Shown here in pieces: positions 54,375 through 64,000 of a stretch of DNA of 64,000 nucleotides. Both the position numbers and the translations under genes were made by a program. Origin of the DNA: Octopus vulgaris (taxonomy: Eukaryota); contig OX597819.1 of assembly GCA_951406725.2 (NCBI GenBank), positions 79,608,001 to 79,672,000 of the forward strand, in the 5' to 3' direction. How positions within the stretch are numbered: position 1 is the stretch's first letter; each line of letters begins with the position of its first letter. The notes under the pieces are model-generated. The model was not told the DNA's origin, searched no databases, and saw only the letters and a program-made list of their open reading frames with translations.

Positions 54375-55930
54375 TATTAGAAAATGAGAAATCATAATTT
54401 TTAGAAATACACACACACACACACATATATATATCTATATGTATATATGATATATGCCCATCTACCTGAGTATAAGTATTTAATGAATACGTGTGCGTGT
54501 ACATATGACTGTGTATGCGTATGTATATAAAAAGGTGTATGTAGGAGTGTACACGCATGCGTATGGGTGTATGGGTATGTATGCGCATAAGTATATGTGT
54601 ATTGGTATGTATACACATGAGTATGCGTGTACATATTTCTATATCAGCGCGCATGTCTATTTACTTGTGTATATGTAAATCTATGTAAGCTTGTGTTTTA
54701 TCCGTGAATATCAAACTATATTAAGTGTTGTCTTCCCTACATCACTATAAATCACTATCCTCTCCAGAAGAACCTAAGAGACATACATAGGGTAAATAAA
54801 TCCCCATCTATCGAGGATTCCAGACAAAGCTACTTCTCGGGCGGAAACGCAAAGAAGGCAGCGACATCAAAGTCCTTAATTCACCGAATACCACATATTA
54901 GAGGATACGTGACATTTGGAGAACCCACCATGGCCAAAGCGATCCAGTTGACGCAAGTAAAAGAGTATATCCACACACACACACACATACACACAAGCAC
55001 ACTCACACACGCACATATATATAAAAGTATGTTTGTACGTACATATGTACGTGTGTGGTTATATATATATATATATATGCATACATGTACTTATATATGC
55101 ATGTATGTATGTATATTCTTTTATTTATTTCAGTCATTTGAGAGCGGCCACGCAGGAGCACCGCCTTTATTAGTCGGCCTTGGACTAATAAACTCGATTG
55201 TCGAGAGTTCTTTCAGATGCCTACACTGGAAAAAGCATACCTTTCTCTCATACCAATGAAGTCTAATATAGATAACCCCTGGATTTCCTAAAAAATTGAA
55301 AGGTGATATCTCATCCCTTTTAGTATAAAAGACTTTCTCATAGTTGCTAAGAACTACTACCAATCCCAACAGTAACCTTGTATCTTGTCATTACTATTGT
55401 GGCCTCCATCTGCCCTCTCCCTATTAAGTTGACACATTCGAACACACAGACACAGTCTTTTCAGTTCTTGACCGTTAATTCTTGCTATCTCTTTCTCTCT
55501 GCCTTCCACACACACATTCACGCATTCAAAGACGCACACACACACACACATTAAGGCAATTTTACACACTCATACATACGAGCACTCATTCATAAAATAA
55601 ATCAAATATAAACACCAGTCATACAGATACCTTCATTCAACCCTTGATCTATTTCAACGGACGATTTTTACTGCTTTCAACCAATCTGGCGTCACCCCCT
55701 ATAAATAGACATTATTTATCATTATATCTATGGGCTCCTCGTGAGCAGTCGTCGAAAAACTTGTTGTGCATTTTGTTGGAGAATTAAGTTCCTGGATTTT
55801 CCTGAAGAGAAAGCTGCATAATGGACTCCTTATTCATTCGGAATTAGGGACTTTGCAGACTTCGAAACATATGTCGAAAATAAAATAAAGGAATTTTGCT
55901 AAATCTTCGTTCAGCTCCATTCTTTCCTAT

Positions 55931-56030
<100 letters not shown>

Positions 56031-56049
56031 TGTATGTATGTATGTATAT

Positions 56050-56209
56050 ACGACAAGCTTCTTTCAGTTTCGGTGTACCGAATCCACTCCCAAGGCTTGG
56101 TCGGCCCGAGGCTATAGTTGAAGACAATTGCCCAATTTGCTAGGCAGTGGGACTGAACCCAGAAGTATGTGGTTGGAAATCAAGCTTCTTACCTCACAGC
56201 CACTCCTGC

Positions 56210-56212
<3 letters not shown>
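56050..56212 (-). mobile_element. SINE family A head
   Basis: cttctttcagtttc..cagtgggactgaaccc..cagccactcctgcg. Confidence 0.8.
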
Positions 56213-56274
<62 letters not shown>

Positions 56275-56944
56275 CACACTCACATATGTAAAAGTATATG
56301 TGTATGAAAATATAGGTTTTTGCGTATGAAAGACGCAAGTACTTGGATATACATATATGTCTTTGTATACAGTGTATTCCAGTTGAAAACCCGACTCCCT
56401 TCCTGTTCTGTCTAAAGCTGTCAAAAGTCATCAACAACATGTGATGAATGAGGTGTGAATAGAAAAAAATATAGGTCAGTGTACACTCATCAAATACTTA
56501 CATACATCTATACACATACTGCCATATAAGTGGGATGTGTATATATATGTGCATGTATGTGTGTGTGTGTTTGTGTGTGTTTGTGTGTGTGTGTGTGTGC
56601 ATGTCTCTACGGTAGAGAAATATTTGCCATGTATTTGAACCAAACATGTATACATAGTGGTAAATGCTAGTATACACAGATACATACATACATACTACAT
56701 ACATACACACATTCCTGCATACCTACATAGATGCATACATATAAACATACATACATACATACATGCGTGCATGTAAGCATGCAGCTATGTATTTTGTGTA
56801 TGTACATATTTATAATAATATTAATAGTGTATTTATATGTTTTCGCACAGCCAAAGCGGTGCCAATGACGAAGTTAAAATATAGCTATACTTCGCAGCAA
56901 TAGTAACTTCCGTTGGTGTGGAGGTGTGGATTGTTTCTTTTTCT

Positions 56945-57030
56945 CCGGTTCTGAAGAAGCTATAAGTTGTCGCACTGTTACTCAAATCTGATGTCCAGTT
57001 TCTTATAGCCCAAACTGATGCAAGCCAGTG
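56945..57030 (+). ncRNA. Degenerate hammerhead-like motif (Penelope-like remnant)
   Basis: CTGAAGA a gctataag..cttatagc c CAAA; stem II is 8 bp but GAAA has mutated. Confidence 0.35.
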
Positions 57031-57339
57031 GAGTGATTACGTAATTTTTGTTCTTTTTTCATTTATTTACTGTTATTTATATATCTATACTTATATTCAT
57101 ATACATAATATGCATTTAATATATACATTGTATGTTTGTATATATATTTGTGCATATGTATGCATGTGTATGTACATCTATTTATGCGGATGCAGGTACA
57201 CATGTGCCGGATAACGAAGAAGCCCTTATGCGATACTACAATTTGCTAGAAATAAGAGTCAAATTTTTTGTAGCAACACTCTAAGATGATACGGGGGGTA
57301 ATACAATCTAAGATGCAGTGTGCCGTCAACGCTAAGTTA

Positions 57340-57635
57340 CAGGCAGTTTGCCGAAACGCTAAGTTACGGGCACATAAACATGCCAGCGCCAGTTGTCAAC
57401 CAGGGGCTGTGGACAAACACAGACACACGCATACATGCACGCGCGCACATACACACATACATACACGCACACATGCACGACGGGCTTCTTTCACTTCCCG
57501 TCTACTAAATCCACTCGCAAGGTTTTGGTCGACCAGAGGCAATATTAGAAGACACTTGACCAAGGCGCTACGCGCTGGAACCGAATACGGAACCATGTCA
57601 TTGGGAAGCAATTTTTTTACCATACCACCACGCTT
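57340..57635 (-). mobile_element. SINE family A, decayed
   Basis: gccgaaacgctaagttacggg..cgacgggcttctttca..ccgtctactaaatccactc. Confidence 0.7.
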
Positions 57636-58311
57636 ACATCAATTGGTGATGGTTGTTGCATGTTCGCATCACTGGCGTTGACGATTGTGAAAGCGGTGAA
57701 GGTGCTGATAGCGTGAAGTTGTGGTTGTGGTTAAGGCGGTGGCCGTAGTGCTCGTGCTAGCAGAGATGGTGATTATGGTTGTGTCATCTGTTGGAAATGG
57801 CAGTGTCGACGGTAGTCGGTGGCGATGATTTTGGAGTTGTTGAACGTAGCGGTATTGATGTTTGTGTTTGAAGTGATGATGTTTATCCAAGTCTCTTGGA
57901 TACACGCCCGCAAATGGTAAAGTCGATAATTGTGTCCATGCACAACTGCCAGTCTTCCTTTCTGGGGAGACTTGCCCTTACGAGCATCTACATGTGCAGT
58001 GTTATCTTCGACCTTACCCGACGGTAGCTCTCAAGAAGGCACCTCTTATCATAAGATCTACTGTGTCAGTGCTAACCCTTCAACAAAGAACAACTACACT
58101 ACACTTAACTGTAGTGCACTTCATCGTCATAAACACTAACACTGACATATTTCACTTTAGTTTACTAAAACAAGGAAAATGACTAAAAATTACTATATGC
58201 CTCGATCTTCTCTCACACATCGGAAAATACAAACAGCTGAAGCAGCAATATCAAAAGTAATAGTAGCTGAAATTTTGTAGATATTGTTGGTAGTAGTAGT
58301 AGTAGTAGTAT

Positions 58312-58368
<57 letters not shown>

Positions 58369-58663
58369 CAGAGGTAATAGTATTAGTGGTAGTGGGTTTC
58401 GTATGAAAAATGCCGGTCACCTACATTAACAGCAATAATTACAACGGTTTTTATGCGTGCATCTATATATCATGTGTGTATGTATGTATGTGTATGCATG
58501 TTTGCATCTATGTATCGATGTATACATGTTAGTTTATATGTATGCATTTTTGTATATATGTAGCGATGCATGTGTGTGTGTGTGTATATATATATATACA
58601 TACATACATATATATAAATGTATGTATACATATATATCTTTGTATATACGTATGTATGCAAGA

Positions 58664-58696
<33 letters not shown>

Positions 58697-58722
58697 TGTA
58701 TGTACGTATGTATGTATGTATG

Positions 58723-58853
<131 letters not shown>

Positions 58854-59261
58854 ATGTGTGTGTGTGTGCGTGTATGTGTGTGTGTGTGTGTGTGTGTATT
58901 TATGTATGCAGTAAGAGCAACATTTTTCATGTCCAACTCAGTTCATGCATGGATCAGAGCATCGTTTGTTGATGTGAGTTATAACTAGTCTCCAAGGAAC
59001 CATTATATCTACCTTGATGACATTAGCTTGAAATTAAGTTTAGGGAGGTGTGGATGTAGTGCGGGAGGGGTGCTTGTGTATAGTAGTTGGGTTAATGTGA
59101 GAAGCAGGTAGTGCTGGAATGGGGGTACTGTAGGGTATCTCAAAACCGAGCGGCATGGATGGATAGAAGTTATTAATTTCATATAAATATATATGTACGT
59201 ATATATACATACATAAATATGTACAAACATACATACATACATACGAACATACATACATACA

Positions 59262-59296
<35 letters not shown>

Positions 59297-59431
59297 GTAT
59301 ATCCATCCAAAGAGATAGATGGAAGTATAGATAGGTAGACAGACATAGATATAGATAGATATATAGATTGATAGATAGATATAGATACAAGAACAGATAG
59401 CTATATATATGTGTGTATCTATCTATCTATC

Positions 59432-59462
<31 letters not shown>

Positions 59463-59527
59463 ATATATATGCATATACATATATATATACATATATACAT
59501 ATATATATACATATATATATATATATG

Positions 59528-59567
<40 letters not shown>

Positions 59568-60564
59568 TATATATGTGTATATATATGTATATATACGCAT
59601 ATATATGTGTGTATATACGTATTTACATATACATATATAAATGCATAAATATGCATATAAATATACATGTACATATAGGTACATATACATGCATACGTAT
59701 ATATATATATATATATATCATCCATGACATATGATTACTCCAGCTCTTCTCATGGACGAATCTAGTAAGAAAAAAAAAACAAAAATAAAAAATAAATAAA
59801 AGAATTAAGCAGAATAAAACAGAAAACAAAGACACAATTTACGCTTTCTTTCATGATTATTTCATCAAACGTGTGATGAAGTAATGATAAATAGATGATG
59901 AAACATATAGCTTTAAGATGTTAAGAGTCTTTCTTCTGCCCTGCCCTTGTCCTAGACTTGCTTTATTTCCAATATTTGTTACTGTCCTGTCTTACATTCT
60001 CACTGTTTCTCTCTAGTTATCATCGAATCAATGGCTGAAAACTGTTTTAAATCTTGTTTATCGTCCATTTTTATGGTTGCATTATTAACTTATCTCCGAG
60101 ATGAAAGAGTTACTCAGTTTCTATTACATACTTCGATAACACTACACCGCACTACGCTCTTGAGTGAAAACGGAATCAAGGCATACAAACCACCTTCTCT
60201 CTACCTCCTTCCCTCTCTGTGTTCATACATACATACATGTTATGTGTGTGTGTGTGTGTGTATACATATACATGTACAAACGTATATTTACATATAAATA
60301 TATATATATATATGCACACACATAACTATATTGATAAAAGCATATATGTATATATTACTTATAATTACATACATACATAAATACACACATACATACATAG
60401 ATACTTAGAAATATTGAGGTAGACGTATAGAGAGAGAAGCGGTGAACAAACAGATAGCTAGTGAGTCAGGGTGAGACTGATTAAAGAGAAATAAACTTAT
60501 TTCATACGCTCATTCCACAGGCTTTCGCTCACGTCATTGATTGCGTTCCTCAGTGTTGCTGTTG

Positions 60565-61110
60565 TTTTCCTTTCTTTCTCTCTTTCTGTCCTCCTCGCCT
60601 CCTCTCCTCCTCCTCCTCCCCCCTTCCTCTATCCCTCCATGCCCATCCCCTTCCTTCTCCTCCTCCTTCCCCTCCTCCCCCCTACCTCCTCTTCCTCCAC
60701 CTCTAACTCTTCCTCCTCCTCCTCCTCCGCCTCCCGTTCATCCTCTTCCTCTTCTTCCTCTTCCTCCTCTTCCTCCTCTTCCTCCTCCTCCTCCGCCTCC
60801 CGTTCATCCTCTTCCTCATCCTTCTCCTCCTCCGCCACCTCCTCCATCCCTATCCTCCACCCTCCCCTCCTCTTCCTCCATCCCTCCACGTACCCCTTCA
60901 CCTCCTCCTCCACTCATCATCCCCTCCTCCCTCACCTTCTCCTCCTTTCTCTCTCATATATTCCTTAAAGAACATCTTCATCATTTGATTCCTCACCTCC
61001 ATCTGCCAGCTTCTAATCCAACGTTCCTTCCTTACTCCTCCTTCTCCTCTCCCGCTTCCTCCCCTTCCTCCGCCGTCCTCTTCCTACCTCAATCAACATA
61101 CTCCTCGCTC
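60565..61110. repeat. (CCT)-rich polypyrimidine tract with internal duplication
   Basis: cctccgcctcccgttcatcctcttcctc occurs twice, at about 60724 and 60790. Confidence 0.85.
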
Positions 61111-61387
61111 CTTTATACCTTAATCAGGATGTACTTCTGAACCGCTTCCTGTTTGATGTGTGCAACAGTCCTTTACATTAAATCTCTATAACCACCATAT
61201 ATCCATTTCCACAACTATCTCCCAACAAATTCCACAACCCCTACCACTACAGACATTAACTGCACCACGACCACCTCTGCGACAACTTCCAACACCACTA
61301 GCTCTATCACCAGTAACACTACCAACAACATTATTACATTTACCACGACGATCACTCTCTCTCTCACACACTTTATCTCCTTCCCTC

Positions 61388-61472
<85 letters not shown>

Positions 61473-61507
61473 ATATCTATCTATCTGCTTACACACACAC
61501 ACAAACA

Positions 61508-61667
61508 CGACGAGCTTCTTTCAGTTTCCGTCTACCAAATCTGCTCACAAGGCTTTGGTCGGCCCGAGGCTATAGTAGAAGACATTTGCTAAAGATGATA
61601 TGCAGTGGGACTGAACCCAGAACCATGTGGTTGGGAAACAAACTACTTACCGCATAGTCAAACCTGC

Positions 61668-61670
<3 letters not shown>
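61508..61670 (-). mobile_element. SINE family A head
   Basis: cttctttcagtttccgtctaccaaat..gcagtgggactgaacccagaaccatgtgg. Confidence 0.8.
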
Positions 61671-61732
<62 letters not shown>

Positions 61733-61733
61733 A

Positions 61734-61856
61734 CCCTAGGAAGCAGCAACGCTTCCTGTCGGCTTAGCTGGGTGGAGGTGCTTGTCTTCCCCTTGCAGAC
61801 ATAAGGAGACTGGAAATGTGTCAAGGCCGATAGGAACCCGTTGCTGCTTCATAGGG
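61734..61856. mobile_element. 123-bp piggyBac-like MITE
   Basis: TTAA|ccctaggaagcagcaacg..cgttgctgcttcataggg|CTAA, with TIRs of about 30 bp. Confidence 0.75.
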
Positions 61857-61967
61857 CTAAATAAGAGTAGTATTATTCCCTTCATGGGACTGTCATATTA
61901 AGTTGACAGTATACAACTACTTTATGGTACCACTACTGCATAAATCTCTCTGAGACATTTAGAAATG

Positions 61968-62004
<37 letters not shown>

Positions 62005-62009
<5 letters not shown>

Positions 62010-62228
62010 AGTATCGCTCCAAACTTACAGGGAAAAATTAGATTTAGGATTAAATCAAATTTCACAGTATAAATATATAAAATATGAATTAGAGATAAAA
62101 CCACTATTAGGCAATTCAAACAGTGATTGACACAAACCAATACATAAATAACAAATAATATAAATATAATTAATATAATATATAATATATATACATATAA
62201 AATTTAAAATTTATCCCTAATTCATATT

Positions 62229-62230
<2 letters not shown>
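62005..62230. repeat. AT-rich interspersed repeat shared with about 48300-48478
   Basis: aattagagataaaaccactattagg..tcaaacagtga is present at both sites. Confidence 0.65.
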
Positions 62231-62263
<33 letters not shown>

Positions 62264-62710
62264 TATATGTGTGTGATATCTTTGCAGTTAATAGCACCAC
62301 CATCATCGCTCCAACTGTCACCAACAATATCATCGCTTCCGTAACTAAAACTATAACCCACATCATTAGTACCGTCATCCTTTGCACTATCACCACTACT
62401 ACTATCAATTTCAACACCACTATTACTATGTTTCCCACGTAACTGACTCAACCATAATCATTTCAGCTACCACCACCAGTACTACCGCAAAAAACAGCAG
62501 TCACAAGCACACTTAACCCCTTCAAAATCATCACCAACGCAACATTGACAACCAACGCCACCTACAGGAACACAAATAACGGCCAAAACCTACTCCAAAA
62601 GGACAACCACTGTCATAGTATATACAACCCCCAATAACTAAACTGCAACCACCACCACTAATACGACCAACACTTCCGGCAACATAACCGCGCTCACTAC
62701 CATTACCAAA

Positions 62711-62760
<50 letters not shown>

Positions 62761-62773
62761 AACAACAACAACA

Positions 62774-62807
<34 letters not shown>

Positions 62808-63486
62808 GCACAACAACAGACACCACCACTTCCACCACTGAAACAAGCAACCTTCCCACTGTGACACCGTCACTAACATCACTTTAAGAAGCTGTCCAAC
62901 CAATACCACCGCCGCCAATAATGTTAATGGCACCACCATGAACACACCAACAGATTCACCGCCACCTTTTAGGTGAGGTTTTGCTATGTTTAATTTCTTT
63001 CTAAATTGTTTCATACAGAAAATTATATATTGTTTAATTAATGACATGCCGTCAAAAGCACAAAACTGTAAACTAGGCAATCTAACATAGTACTGTCTTA
63101 ATTGGTGACTCCTTTGTATAGTATGTGATCTATGTTACTTATAAAGGGATGAGCTGTGAATGTCGTCTCTGAAGAGCGTTCGAGAAACTGGGTAACGGTC
63201 TGTTAGGAGAATCCCCTGTTTTTTTTCTCTACTTTCACTGCGTAGAAAGAACATATTTACATCCAAATTTTACTCACAATAAAGATTTGTGAAGTATAGT
63301 GAGGTTTTGTAAAGTGCAATGGGACTTTTTAAAGAACAGTAAGGTTTCATAAATATTTAAACTATTACATACATACAAATTTGCGTGTGTTCGCACGTAT
63401 GCATGCATGTATGTATGTATGTATGTATGTATGTATGTATGTATGTATGTATGTATGTATGTATGTATGTATGTATGCATGTATTA

Positions 63487-63630
63487 AGGCAGCGAATTCG
63501 GCAGCATCCATGAAACACTTAATAGAATACTTCACGGTATTTCTTGCGACTCCCTACGCTCTGAATTCAAATCCAACCGATCTCAATTTTGGCTTTCATT
63601 CATTCCAGGTCGATTAAAAAGTACCAATCT
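63487..63630 (+). mobile_element. SINE family B, decayed
   Basis: aaggcagcga..tctgaattcaaatcc..ctttcatt..ggtcgattaaaaagtacca. Confidence 0.6.
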
Positions 63631-63683
63631 AAGTCGTTGGGTTGGTGGACAAGACGCCAAGCTATGTCTGTTCCCGCTCTTTG

Positions 63684-63740
<57 letters not shown>

Positions 63741-63774
63741 TCAAATATATATATATTCTCTTACTCTTTCATTC

Positions 63775-63960
63775 TTTTACTTGTTTCAGTCATTTTGACT
63801 GCGGTCAAGCTGGAGCATTGACTTAAAAGGTTTCAGTCGAAGAAGTCGATCCTACTACTTATTCTATCAGCCACTTTTGCCAAACTGCTAAGTTACGGAG
63901 ACATTGACACACTAGCATCGGTTGTCAAGCGATGGCTGGGGGAACAAAACCAGATACGCG
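63775..63960 (-). mobile_element. SINE family A tail
   Basis: cttttacttgtttcagtcatt..gcatcggttgtcaagcgatgg. Confidence 0.8.
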
Positions 63961-64000
63961 CGCACGCAACAGACGCAGACGCACACACACACACACACAC

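Noticed and set aside
57880-58140. Unique sequence with 62-78 aa ORFs
   Set aside because: No recognisable domain or splice signals.
60537-61140. Pro-rich extensin/formin-like ORF
   Set aside because: Translation of a CCT-rich low-complexity tract.

Overview
AT-rich eukaryotic non-coding DNA, probably intronic or intergenic, dense in (TA)n, (CA)n, (TATC)n, (TATG)n, (AAT)n and (CAT)n microsatellites. The repeat content resembles a coleoid cephalopod such as Octopus; this is an inference. No host protein-coding exon could be established, and nearly all listed ORFs are microsatellite read-through. The window is a layered transposon landscape. LINEs: a young 5'-truncated Tx1-like element with an open RT/zf-RVT frame inside a (TATC)n tract, an old decayed relative, two R4/Dong-like RLE fragments, and RTE and CR1-like 3' ends. 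Other elements: a Gypsy integrase pseudogene, three mariner remnants, hAT-like, Tigger-like, piggyBac-like and Helitron-like non-autonomous elements, and at least five tRNA-derived SINE families. The most unusual signals are: (i) several minimal type I hammerhead-ribozyme motifs in Penelope-like inverted-repeat elements, with an intact core at 46224-46317; (ii) a tRNA-headed SINE-like element ending in a hammerhead motif; (iii) a SINE sharing its 3' tail with the Tx1 LINE; (iv) a composite SINE whose internal microsatellite is repeatedly hit by other insertions. All alignments were made by eye, and boundaries of decayed elements are approximate.
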